From assembly GCA_963514005.1 (NCBI GenBank), contig OY740813.1, positions 24,552,001 through 24,616,000 of the forward strand: DNA of 64,000 bases. The letters are read 5' to 3'. Under the pieces are notes generated by a model. That model was not told where the DNA came from and did not search any database. It saw nothing but the letters and a program-made list of their open reading frames with translations. The position numbers were made by a program, and so were the translations under genes. Origin of the DNA: Raja brachyura (lineage: Eukaryota). This document shows, piece by piece, positions 1 to 11,764 of the stretch. Numbering within the stretch: position 1 is the stretch's first letter; every line of letters begins with the position of its first letter.

Positions 1-720
1 GTAACTTTGAAAACTTTAATACATTAACGTTGCTTTTATTGTTCCTAAAAGATGGTTTTTCACTTCATTGTACTAATTTCTTTACAATTTTAAAAGTTTG
101 ACTACGTGGTTTTTTACTTCGTGATTTTTGACAGATTTTTTTACAGCTTTCAAAACATTTCGCTGTTGATTTATTTTTGTGCGGACTCTTTCAATCATAC
201 TTTGAAAATGTTAATACATTAACGTTGCTTTTATTGTTCTCAAAAGGCTTCCCGGTTTTTCACTTAATTGTACTCATTCTTAAAGATAACATTTATTTTC
301 AAATACTTAGTGGCTTTGCACTTCGCGATTTTCGCGGTTTTTTACTTTTAAAATACCTCGATATTTTCTTAGGTTGGTTTTATTGTTGTTACAAGAATTC
401 CCCGTTTTTCACTTGAAGATTACATTTTTTTAAGAGACTTAATGGTCTTTCACTTCATTGTACTAATTCTTTGAATAATACCACAATTTATTTTTTTAAT
501 TAACATTGGTTTACTTTTATTCTTCAGATTTTAATTATTTTTACAATTTTAAAAGTTGTTTTTCACGGTTTTTTACCATGATTTTTGACAGATTTCAAAA
601 GACTTCGCTATTGATTTATTTTTGTGCTTATTGTTTCAATAATACTTTGAAAATGTTAATACATTCACATTGCTTTTATTGGTCTTAAAGATAACATTTA
701 TTTTATAAGACTTTGCGATT
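1..720. repeat. AT-rich degenerate direct repeats
   Basis: The motif actttgaaaa..ttaatacatt.ac.ttgcttttattg.tc recurs at ~4, ~199 and ~644. Region ~443-720 is a gapped copy of ~51-300. Confidence 0.8.
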
Positions 721-1275
721 TTCCAGGCTGTTGATTGATTGACGCTCGCGGCATCTCTCTGTCTCTGCCCCCTCTCTCTCTCTCTCTCTCTACCTGTGCC
801 CACTCTCTCTCTCTCTCCTCCCCCCACCCGGTTATTCCAAAGAAGCAGAAAGAATGGGCTCGGAGATGAAGTCCGGTCCTGTACTGGAGCGGCCAAACTC
901 GCGGTCCTCTGGTTGATGCTCGCCCGCCGCGCTTGGAGTCCTCGGGTCAATGCCCGCCCGCCGCCTCGCTCGGGGTCCTTGGGTCGACGCCCGTCCATAG
1001 CCTCCCTCAAGTCCACGTCCGCCCACAGCCTCCCAGGCCCTGGCGCTGCTCTGCGACCTGGCTAGGTGCTGCCTCTACCCCTTCCCCTCCCTCTGCCCAC
1101 CCCTCTGCCTCTGCCGCCTCCCTCCCTCATCTCTCTCTCTGCACCCCCCCCCCCCCCCCTCACGGCGGGGGATGGGGTAAAAAGAGTGAATGATTATTAA
1201 TATAATATCAGGGGGGGATTAGTGACGCCGCAGCCCCCCCCCCCCCCCCGCAACAACAGGTCCCCCTTGGTCTAG
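1..1275 (+). mobile_element. Probable non-autonomous Helitron-like element (3' part; 5' end not identified)
   Basis: Ends …caacaggtcccccttggtCTAG|t, resembling the termini at 2947, 22459 and 23294. Upstream lie AT-rich direct repeats, CT-rich tracts and a CpG-rich block. The left extent is uncertain. Confidence 0.5.
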
Positions 1276-1281
1276 TAAATT

Positions 1282-1398
1282 ATAAAATTGTAAATAGTTC
1301 CTAGTGTAAGATAGTCTATCAGAGAGAGCTGGTCGGCACTGTGGACTGTGGCCCGAAGGACCTGTTACCACCCTGTATTTCTGAAGGCTAAAGTCTAA
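1282..1398 (+). mobile_element. HE1-like SINE, 3' fragment
   Basis: aaattgt…ctagtgt…gctggtcggc…ggac…cgaaggacctgtt…ctgtat, matching the 3' half of the other SINE copies. Confidence 0.55.
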
Positions 1399-1952
1399 AT
1401 GGACATCAGCCTCCTCCAATCTCCACAGAAGCCCATCATCCAACAATTCTCCTGAGCTGATTTCAACCAATGCTCCAGAAAACGTGAGAGCCAAAGCCAT
1501 GGACATAAACAATCTCCAGTCTCAGTATTAAAGGCTGCCTCTCATGAATTAATCTCTTGCCCGAGAAAAAAACTCTCCATTCTACTGGAAAAGCAGAACC
1601 TGTCATCCACACAACACTGAAATTAGTAGCAGGTCATTCAGCCTACTTCACCTGTCCATATGACTGTGGCTGATCATTGAAAATCAGTACCTCATCCTGC
1701 TTTCTTCCCCAATGCCTTGATCTCATTGAACTCACATTTTCCATTTTGTGCAAATTAAGCCTTTATTCATGCTTTGGCATCTCTGATTATTTCAATCCCC
1801 TCCTTTAGATGGAGTACAATAAACTGGATTTCAATAAATTCTGACTTGCCTGCAAGTCATTGGGTTCTGCTCGTCTATCATCCCATTGTATATTAGTTCC
1901 TGTGACAAGGCAATAGATTTTAAACACGTGTTGTCATGTTCAAAATCACACA

Positions 1953-2968
1953 GGGCGGTTGAGAGGCACAGCTGGTATTGCTGCTGCCTCACCGAGCCAG
2001 AGACCCAGGCTCAATCCTGACATTAGGTGCTTTCTGTTCGGAGTTTGTATGTTCTCCATGATTCCATGGGTTTCTTCCGGGTGCTCTGATATCCTCACAC
2101 ATGGCAAAAATGTGCATGTGTGTAAGTTAATTGGCCTCTAAAAATGACCCCTTATGTGTAGGAAGGGGACAAGGAAGTGGAATAACATGAAATGAGAGTG
2201 AATCGGTGATCGATGGTCAGTGTGGACACAGTGGGCTGAAGGACCTATATCTATCTTCTATCTATATTACTAAAAGTCTGATCCTGACCACTTCCTGTTG
2301 TTCTGTATATTGATTTTAGAAAAATCGCTGACACTTACGGCTGTGATTTTTGGCCATTTCACTAATGGTCCCCCTCTGCTGTGTAGGACAAGAGGATTTT
2401 TCCCATGGATGAAAAATAAAAGAGTAATTAGTGTTTAAAAAATGTTGAGATTCTCTCTCTTGTCAACCACACCATGAAGGCCACGCCCCTTCTGGTGGTG
2501 GGGGGGGGGGGTGGACTATAAAACCCAGAAGTGCGGGTGTGGCTCAGAGATGGATGAGGGAGAGGTCACGACTCGCTGTCTTTAGTGGCCTTGCACCCTG
2601 CTTGAAGTGGTAAGAAACTGCACTTGAATTTGGTGGCCTTGCACCCTGCTTGAAATGGAATTTCAAGGAATAGCCGTGAGTCAACTGCCAGCCCACCAGC
2701 CGTGACTGAGCTGCCAGCACAACAGTCTTGAGTGACTGAGCCGCCAGCCCAAGAATCCATTCGGCCAACAATGTCATACTAGCCCACTGGAAACCAGTCC
2801 CATCAGCCCACAACACCCATACCAGCGCTCCAGAAAGCCCTCCCCCACTGGCCACCAATATTGGAATTGGTGGAGAGGTGGAATATTGCATTGGGGGACC
2901 AGCCCTCCCGTGTGATGCTGGGACCCAACGGGTTCCACTTAGTCTAGTCCATATTGTATTTCCAAAAC
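1953..2968 (+). mobile_element. HE1-like tRNA-derived SINE, interrupted by a Helitron at 2250-2947
   Basis: tRNA-like head (gctgcctcac…gacccaggctcaatcctgac), central block, and a 3' tail that resumes at 2948 (tccatattgtatttc). Confidence 0.75.
2250..2947 (+). mobile_element. Non-autonomous Helitron (~700 bp)
   Basis: 5' TC (TCTATCTTCTATCTATATTACTAAAA), 3' hairpin TGGGACCC-AAC-GGGTTCCA (2919-2937) then CTAG. Inserted between host A and T with no TSD; removing it restores the SINE tail. Confidence 0.85.
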
Positions 2969-3187
2969 GAATCTGTACAACATCCTGCAGCTCTGTTAAG
3001 CTTTCTACAACATTTCAAAGCTCCGATTGTTGATATTGCATATCTTCCACTGTGCTTTGCTGGACGATAGTTGTTGACATCTTTGCCAAGCCACGGACTA
3101 CCTGCAGATTCCACTGTGGAGCAAGACATGATAACAAAAGCGAAGAGGAACACATTCAGCCGAAAGGAAATAAGGTGTTTGAATTAC

Positions 3188-3360
3188 TTCAGCTTGGGTT
3201 CACGTCCTTCACTGGTGTACTGCCAGCACAGCAAGCCAATCAGATCCTGAACTCTTGCATTTGCCATTGTCACCACAGTCATTGGCTGCATCTTGTCTTG
3301 GCTTGTCTGCATGGGGAGGTAGACATCAATATTTTTGGTTGCTGTGGTACCAATGTGGCC
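3188..3360 (-). CDS. MAPKAP1: MAPKAP1/SIN1 coding exon (173 nt, CRIM domain region): [57 protein letters not shown]
   Basis: Acceptor ttttcccctctcacAG|GGC and donor CTGAA|GTaatt. Its phase-0 start joins the 60200 donor in frame. Matches human SIN1 GHVGTTATKKIDVYLPLH…[23 protein letters not shown] (from memory). Missed by the ORF track. Confidence 0.96.
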
Positions 3361-3599
3361 CTGTGAGAGGGGAAAAATAAAAACAAGAGGTCAACCAGAG
3401 AAATATTCATTTGGGAGTACACTTTCTATAAACACTTATTCTGAATGTCAATGAGCTGACTACAATGGGTGTACCTCAACTTACACCTAAACCAGAACGA
3501 CAGAATAAGTGTTTATCATAGCCACAAGAATAAATGAACTAACTGTTGCATTTGGCCCTTTGGCAAGCTTGTGGGTTATTTAACTCAACACCATTTTTC

Positions 3600-4440
3600 T
3601 CCACTATCCAGTGTAATGTCCAGAAATCCTTCGCCCTCCATTTTGGATTAACTCAATGTCTGAGCCTCCACTGCCTTCTGGGGCAAATAATTCCAGACAG
3701 TCTGCTGCTCACTGTGAGAAAAATTCTCCTTATTTCAGTCCTAAAAGGCCTTCCTCATTCTGAGACCTGTTTCGCATCTCTCTGGAAGGAAACATTTTCT
3801 TGCATCTGGCACAATGTTCACTGTTTCTCACTGATCACTCTTCACTGTTTCAATGACCTCCTCTCCTTCTACAGAGAATACAGTCTGATGCATCTCTCAT
3901 CTTGCAAACTCACCACCCCTGCCACCAGTCCAGTGAACCTTTGCTGCACTCACTCTCACTCACAGCAAGAATCCCTTTTTGAACACTGCTTCGGGTGCCA
4001 TCTCACCAAGTCCCTGTCTACTTTCAGAAAGCAATCTTTCATTTGGCCACAAATGTTCTCTCAATTAACGTGGACAGATCATTTTGGGTGCACCTGCAAG
4101 TTGGTTTCCAGTGATATATGTACTGCTACTCTTTGAATATCAAAAATATTATTTTCTGTTTTATGCACTGAAATGATTAACTTCACATTCTGCCATGTTA
4201 GATTGTGTCCACCAGTTTCTTGCCCAAAGGTGATCCAAATTCCCTTGAAGCTTTCGACTCCCTACTTTCCATCTCATTTTAAGTGCGGTTTAGCACCAAA
4301 CCTTCCAAACTGTTCCATGTAAATGGTAAATAGTTGGGGCACCAAGTACCAATTACCACAGTACCCCACTAATCGCAGCCTGCCAATTGGAGAACATTAA
4401 ATAATTGATCTCATTAAATGCTTCGGTAAGCTTAGGTTCT
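3600..4440 (-). mobile_element. Old degraded CR1-type LINE fragment
   Basis: Decayed similarity to the younger CR1 3' copies (tccagtgaacctttgctgcact; aaattctccttatttcagtcctaaa). Confidence 0.55.
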
Positions 4441-5589
4441 ACACCTACACCAAATGTAATCAAAGCAAAAATATAACACTGGAAATGTTCAACAGGTAAA
4501 ACAGCATCTACAGCGAGATGCATCAGTGTGTTTCAGGTTGATTATCTTTCAACAGAATTATGATGGCAAAGTTAAGAAAGGGACCGAAAAACAGCAGGGA
4601 GCAGAGTTGAGAACAAGGGCAGGTTTCTAATAGGCAAGAAGACAATAAATTAAATGACAATAGAGGGTGATAGCGCAACCTAACAAAATCCAAGAATCTA
4701 AAACTGCAAAATTGTAAATGATCTTTTAATCAATTTCAAGATTATATCACATGCAACTATTGGATTTTGTCATTAACCAGGAAGACACCACATTAAAATG
4801 ATATATAAATAAAGCAGCAAGATCAATCACTGCAGTGCAGAGAATCTTTTTCACCAAATGAAAATACATTTTAATTGAGTTCAGAGTCTAGATTTTCCAA
4901 TCAGTTATTTTAATACCAGCAGGAACATTTAAAATAAATGTTCTGCTTAACAAGGCACGTAAATGGGATACTCCCAGCAATATAATAATGCCAATCAGAA
5001 GATCTAGTTTCAAGAGCCACACTTCAAAGTAAGTATTAAAAAGGGCATTCTGACCTCCACCTGAAAGAAAACCAACACATAATCATTCAGGTACCTGACT
5101 TAACAAGACAAGTGAGAATGTCAGGTTCAAGCAATGTATATTTGCGATTTAAGAGCACAATAGAATATTGTATTTTTAATGTTGTAGTGGTCGTAAACGC
5201 ACTCACCCCACCCCATTTCTATCAACCATCAATACCAGTTTTAGGCAACTTTAATGGGTGATAATAATTGTCAGAGTCTAAAAGAGGTTCATACAGAAGA
5301 GAATCGCACATATGCACCCGCATGTCCAATTGTGCTTGTGTGTGTATTTTCGTCCAGTTTTCCAAAATATGTCAATTGCCTTGCATTTTTCCATGGCCTC
5401 TAACCTCTAAATCTCTAACCAAAAAGTAATATTGAATCCAGTTCCATCATCATTCAACACATGCGATTCTAAATTTTAGTAATCCACTGCATATTGAGAG
5501 TACCCTCATGTTGGCCATGGCTAACTCTGGGGAATTTGATGAATAGAACATGAACAAACAGCAAGCAGTAACAGTAATTGACTACAGGA

Positions 5590-6346
5590 AGCGAAGTGGT
5601 ACACCCAATTTGCGTGCACAGCGCCGAAGTAGAGATGGTTGAAAACTTCAAATTCCATGGAGTAAATATCACCAACAACTTCTCCTGGACCACCCACATT
5701 GAATCGACGACCAAGAAAGCACTCCAACGCCTCTACTTCCTTAGAAGCCTGCGGAGGTTCGGCATCTCCCCAACAACTCTCACCAACTTCTGCACTTGTG
5801 TCGTTGAAAGCATTTTATCGGGATGCATCACAGCTTGGTTTGGGAACAGTTCTATCCAAGACTGCAAGAGATTGTAGCAAATTGTGGACGCAGCCTAGAC
5901 CATTACACAAAAAAAAACCTTCCTTTCATCGACTCCATATATATCTCTCGCTGCCTAGGCAAGGCCAGCAGCATAATCAAGGATGAGTCGCACCCTGCCA
6001 CTCCCTCGTCTCCTCCCCCCACCATCGGCCAAAAGGTATATAGAAGCGTGAAAACGCACCCCTTCAGATTCAGTGATAGTTTCTACCCAGCTGTTATCAG
6101 GCAACTGAACCATCCTACCACAAATAGAGAGCAGTCCAGAACTACAACCAATCTCATCGGTGACCTTCAGACTATTTTTGATCGGACTTTACTGGTTTTA
6201 TCTTGCACTAAACGTTATTCCCTTATCATGTATCTATACACTGTGAATGGCTCGATTGCAATCATATATGATCTTTCCGCTGACTGGCTAGCATGCAACA
6301 AAAACTTTTCACTGTACCTCAGTACACATGACAATAAACTAAACTG
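5590..6346 (+). mobile_element. Rex1/Babar-like LINE 3' fragment
   Basis: RT C-terminal peptide VEMVENFKFHGVNI…KKALQRLYFLRSLRRFG…ESILSGCITAWFGN. The 3' end is tttcactgtacctc…tgacaataaa followed by a short repeat tail. Confidence 0.85.
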
Positions 6347-7119
6347 ATCTTCAGTTCTGCCAGGTAGATAATTTCCCCCCCACAACTGTTTTCTCCTGTA
6401 GAGGGACACGTCTCTACTATGAATCCTCCGACGGCCCAAAATCTCCATTAAAAAAAGAGCTATAAGGGAAAGAAATGAACCATATTACTGCTCAGCGCAT
6501 CTAATCAAATGAAGTTTGAGTGGACCACAGGGTGCTTCCAATACAGAAAGATAAAATCAGGTTAAAGAAAACACTACAGCATGGAAGTCTAATGTTTCAG
6601 AACACTGCAGATATTTCCAAGAGGTACTTTAAACATAATCTGTAAAACAGTTGCCACATTTACTCATCACTGTTAACATAACAGCCATTTTTTACATCTG
6701 AAGTACTAAGTGGAACAATCGCCTGCACTCAACAGTATCTACATGATAGTGGACGCATGCTGCTTATTGTCTCACACACCATTTGATGACCAATTAAATT
6801 AGATGTGACTCCTTGTACACTGCACAGTATAGTAGACAATTGTTAATATTTTAAATTAGCATTGCACTGATCCACATATGCAAAGGAACAAAAACGATGC
6901 AATTTCGGAAATGTTAATACTTTCAAATTGTTGATCTGTGAATTTACTAAAATACGATCTATTGGAATGATGAATTACAAGGCAACATCTTTCACTCAGG
7001 GCCATTCCAAATCATTTCAAAAGTCACTGTAATGTCTATTTTGGGGAAACAGAGTATCACTTTGGGAGGTAGAAACTCATTGGGTGATGCAGCATCCATG
7101 GAGCGAAAGAATAGGTGAC

Positions 7120-7690
7120 AATAGTCAATAGGTGCAGGAGTAGGTCCTTCGGTCCTTCGAGCCAGCACCGCCATTCAATGTGATCATGGCTGATCATCCC
7201 CAATCAGTACCCAGTTTCTGCCTTCTCCCCATATCCCCTGACTCCGCTATCTTTAAGAGCCCTATCCAGCTCCCTCTTGAAAGTATCCAGAGAACCGACC
7301 TCCACCGCCCTCTGAGGAAGAGAATTCCACAGATTCACACCTCTCTGTGAGAAAAAAGTGTTTCCTCGTCTCTGTTATAAATGGCTTACCCCTTATTCTT
7401 AAACTGTGGCCCGTGGTTCTGGACTCCTCCAACATCGGGAACATGTTTCCTGCCTCTAGCGTGTCCAAGCCCTTAACAATCTTATATGTTTCAATAAGAT
7501 TCCCTCTCATCCTTCTAAACTGCAGGGCGTACAAGCCTAGCTGCTCCATTCTCTCAGCATATGACAGTCCCGCCATCCCTGGAATTAACCTTGTAAACCT
7601 ACGCTGCACTCCCTCAATAGCAAGAAAGTCCTTCCTCAAATTAGGGGTTCAAAACTGCACACGATAATACAGGTGTGGTCTCACTAGGGC
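7120..7690 (-). mobile_element. CR1/HER1-like LINE 3' fragment
   Basis: ORF 7262-7639 encodes KD..AIEGVQRRFTRLIPGMAGLSY…TGHSLRI, the typical CR1 ORF2 C-terminus. Confidence 0.9.
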
Positions 7691-7699
7691 TCTCATATA

Positions 7700-8350
7700 T
7701 CTCCTGATTGCTAAACATCTCCTTCCCATTCCCACACAGATCTTTCCGTCCTCGGTCTCCTCCACTGTCAGAGTGGGGCTAAACGCAAATTGGAGGGGCA
7801 GCATTTCATATTTTGCTTGGGCAGCTTACAACCCCGTGATATGAATCGATTTCTCCAACTTCATTTCATCTCTCTCTATCCCTCCTCCTCCCAAGTTGCA
7901 CCAGCTTCTTGTTTTCACCCTACAAACAGTTAGCAATGGCCTGGTAGACACAAAATGCTGGAGTAACTCAGCATCTCTGGAGAGAAGGAACGGGTGATGC
8001 CTCGGGTCGAGTCCCCTCCTCAGATGTAAGGGGAGCGGGCTGGACAACGATAGAATGTAGACGGAGACAGTAAGACTAGTGGGAAAACTGGGAAGGGGGA
8101 GGGGACAGAGAGGGAAAACAAGGGCTACTTGAGGTTAGAGAAGTCAATGTTCATACTGCTGGGGTGTAAGCTACCCAAGCAAAATATGAGGTGCTGTTCC
8201 TCCAATTTGAGCAGGGCCTAACTCTGACAATATAGGTCCAGGACAGAAAGGTCGGATTGGGAATGGTGTCGAAGTTTTAGGTCGAGACCTTTCTTCAGAC
8301 TTATTAAGACAGATGATTTTTTGATTTTTCCAACATCTGCAGTTCTTAAA
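7700..8350. mobile_element. Penelope-like element fragments in inverted arrangement
   Basis: 7709-7943 (+) and ~7945-8265 (-) both match the GIY-YIG C-terminus/pLTR of the copy at 25528-26140. Confidence 0.8.
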
Positions 8351-9774
8351 CATGACTATGGGAGCATCAGTGTCAGTTATCACATGAGGCAGAGGTAAAG
8401 GTCTTGTCATATAGTCTTTGGCCTGCTGTTTTAATGACAGCCTCTGAAGAAATCCTTGTCAAATTTTCCCATTGCTTTAATGGCCACCGTGATAACGTGA
8501 GACTGTATTCACTACTGAACTGTTCATTTAGGCTGTCCAATTCTGGAAACTTCAAACCAGTGGTCAGGCTAATTTCAATCTATTTCCTTTTGAGTATTTG
8601 AGGTCCATGGACCCACAACATAAAATAGGATTCCCAAATCACAAGAGCAAATTTGAATTATTTATATAAGAGATGTCCAGTGAATAAAGTTCCCACTATG
8701 GTTGTATTGTAGATAATCCATACAGAGCCACATATAGAACACCAATCACCATTTCTAAAGGCGCTGCATATTTTTACCCTCTTATTTTGCAGATCTATTC
8801 AAATATCAATTTTCAAAAGGCCCAGGGAAATATACTGCACTGCATAATTCTGAATAACTCAGATTGAACATGATTAAACTACTTTTACCATCATGAATGA
8901 GACATAATATCCTTCATATATAGCAAGCTATTCAGGCAATAAAAAAAATGAAGTAACAACAGTATGCTTGTGATTCAGAAAATGAGGATTCATCCACAGT
9001 GCAGAGATAAAACCAATGTTGGGAAGATGTAGGCCACATAAATAATTCACAGTTACATGATCTATTCTATACTGATAACACAACATCATTGCCAAGTAAT
9101 TCCAGAGGGGTTCAAATGTAATTTTTTTTAACTTCTATCGCTTTAAATCACTTTCTAGAAAAATCAATAAGCTTTAAATGTTAAAATAGGATTTTTATCA
9201 CCATAAGAATGAATTACACATTCCAAACTCTATTAATCCTAGGAGAACAGGGTGCTCCTCAAAGACTTAAATGTCGATGTAAAGATTTAATCAAATACTA
9301 TTGGAGAAACATATTTTTCAATCCATTATCAGATGGTGGATCACTATATAGAGGTTGCAGGACAGTCATTAATACTCTTGTAAATTACTAAAAAGAACCA
9401 AGTATTTCATAACATTCAATTACTGAGCCATTTAAAAAGGGTATTATAAGGCATCAAAAATTTACATCCTATTGTTGACAAAGACTGTAGTTATTTCACT
9501 AAATTAATATCTGGAAAGGCCAAAGTATTTTCTACTGTCAATCTATTTCGATGTGATGTAGAAATATTCTGGTGCAGGAGGAGTGATCGTTAATAAATAA
9601 CCAGTTTACAAACTTTCCAACTTTTCGGACTTCAAACCAAGTTGCCTTTAATTAGTCGCTGTTTCCTTATTTCACCCGATTTGTAATTTTCAAAACCATG
9701 GTGTTCGTCCTTAATGGTTCTTTCTAACTAACAAAAGCAATTGAGTTCTTTACTGAACAAATCTTCTTTAACCG

Positions 9775-10797
9775 AAGTGAAGTATTGGAGTGGCTTAGTT
9801 CATTCTAAGGTGCAGCTCTGTAGGACCATGTTTAAGCCACATTGGAGTATTATGGGCCTGTCCCCTTAGGCGATTTTTTTCGGCAACTGTCATAGTCGTA
9901 TCAGGTTGCCGAAAAACTGGCGACTGGACCCCCTTACGACAATGTCTACAACAACCCACCTCCTAGTCGACGTCAAGCTACCCACAATCGGCGACCATTA
10001 GGATGTCCACACCTACGACAACATACATCCACCCGCGACAAGGTAAGACAATTCAGTCGCAGTACCTGACGTGATTGACGTAGGTAGCCGTCAATGGAAT
10101 TCACCGAAGTCAGCACCGGCGACAACCTACGTCATCCTGGCGACAACCTACGTCATCCTGTGACAGTACCTACGTCAGGCTACGATCGTTGGCGTCAAGC
10201 CCACGGGGGCGACTGTTGCCAAAAAGTTATGAACATATCAAAACCCAGCGGCGACCAGAAAAAAGGTACGACTCTTTCGGTGTCTGAGGAGACCGTACAG
10301 GCGACACCGTGGTAACAGCCTAGTCGCCTGTACTCGCCTAAAAAATCACCTAAGTGGGACAGGGGCATTACATGCAGTTCTGGTCGCCCCATTACAGGAA
10401 AGATGCGTAGGTTTTGGAGAGGGTGTAGAGGTGGTTTACCAGAATGCTGTGTGGATTAGAAGGTTTCAGCTACAGGGAGAGGTTGGATAGACTTAGATTG
10501 TTTTCTCTGGAACGTCAGAGGTTGAGGTGAGACTTGATAGAAGTATATGAAATTATGAGGGCATAGAGAGGGTACAATCAGAACTTTTTCCAGCATTGTC
10601 CAACACTAGAGGGCATAGCTATAAAGTGAGAGGAGGGAAAGTTTAATGCAAATGTGTGGGGCAAGTTTTTTTATACACAGAGTGGTGGGGCCTGAATTGC
10701 ATTGCCAGGGGTAGTGGAGGGGGAGGAAGACACGACAGGGGCATTTAAGAGGCTTTTAGCTAGGCATATGGAAGTGCAGAGAATAGATAGATATGGA
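9775..10797 (+). mobile_element. CR1 LINE 3' fragment interrupted by a MITE
   Basis: ccacattggagtatta|…|catgcagttctggtcgcccc…gagagggtgtagaggtggtttaccagaatg (PHLEY.VQFWSP region). Confidence 0.8.
9853..10367. mobile_element. PIF/Harbinger-type MITE
   Basis: TIRs TGGGCCTGTCCC-CTTAGG / CCTAAGTGGGACAGGGGCA; TTA TSD on both sides; CpG-rich internal cgaca repeats. Confidence 0.85.
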
Positions 10798-10800
10798 CAA

Positions 10801-10897
10801 GAAGGAACTGCAGACCAAAGATAGACACAAAAAGCTGAAGTAACTCAGCGGGACAGGCAGCATCCCTGGAGAGAAGGAAATCGTGACATTTCGGGTT
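10801..10897 (-). mobile_element. Penelope pLTR-derived short repeat
   Basis: Reverse complement of acccgaaa.gtcac…ttctctccag.gatgctgcctgtcccgctgagttac. Confidence 0.75.
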
Positions 10898-11506
10898 TCC
10901 AGCTACACTCCAGGTATTGAATGCACATCTGAGATTTCAATACAATACTGAAAGTAGGCAACATCAAAGCTCTCCTTTCTTGGAAGTGACGTGAAACCAA
11001 AGGGACCTGAAACCCCGACTACCTGCACAGGGGGATAAAAGAACCTATGACATTGTAGAGGGAAAGACAGTAAAACACAAAAATCCAAGCATCCTGGTCT
11101 AATTTGTTCTCAACAAACACTACAAACAGCAAGTTATCACAATGCCAATTATACAACACTGCTCGATGCACACTGATTTTACATTTGCTTTAAAAACAGT
11201 GACAAACTTCCAAAGTGATGGATACAGAGTGTTCTATGGAAATGAAATGTTCTTCCTCTACAAAAAACATTGAGATAACTAATTTCAGAGACAACAACAA
11301 AAATGCATTAAAATAGTGTAAAACATGGTGAAAATGACTCAAAGTCGAGGTGTCTCTGAATCAATTTTGCAGTATTTATTCATCAATAAGCTGCACATAC
11401 ATTACGGGCAGAATACCAAATGTTTTCTATGCAATGGAATAGAACACAGAATCTCATGGTTCACTTGGGTCATTTTAGGCATGCCAAGTAGAAAAATCCT
11501 GAATAA

Positions 11507-11764
11507 TGGCACTGTGGCGCAGCAGTAAAGTTGCTGCCTCACAGCGCCAAAGACAGTGGCTTCATCCTGACTACGGGTGCAGACCTGCGTGGGATTTTCC
11601 GGGAACTCCAGTTTCTTCCTACACTCCAAAGACACACAGGGTTTATAGGCCAATTGGCTTCATAAAATTGTAAATTGGCCCTGGTGTGTGTTGGATAGTG
11701 CTAGTGTGCGGGGATCGCTGGTCGAATGGGCCTGTTCCCACGCTGTACATCTAAACTAAACTAA
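11507..11764 (+). mobile_element. HE1-like tRNA SINE
   Basis: ggcactgtggcgcagcagtaaagttgctgcctcacagcgcca head and (ctaaa)n tail. Confidence 0.85.

Noticed and set aside
3052-3366. 104-aa plus-strand ORF
   Set aside because: Shadow of the minus-strand MAPKAP1 exon.
3546-4136. 196-aa plus-strand ORF
   Set aside because: Antisense to a decayed CR1 fragment; non-ATG start and no recognisable domain.
9920-10200. Regularly spaced cgaca repeats resembling an array
   Set aside because: Internal repeats of a TIR/TSD-bounded MITE in a eukaryote; no CRISPR repeat-spacer structure.
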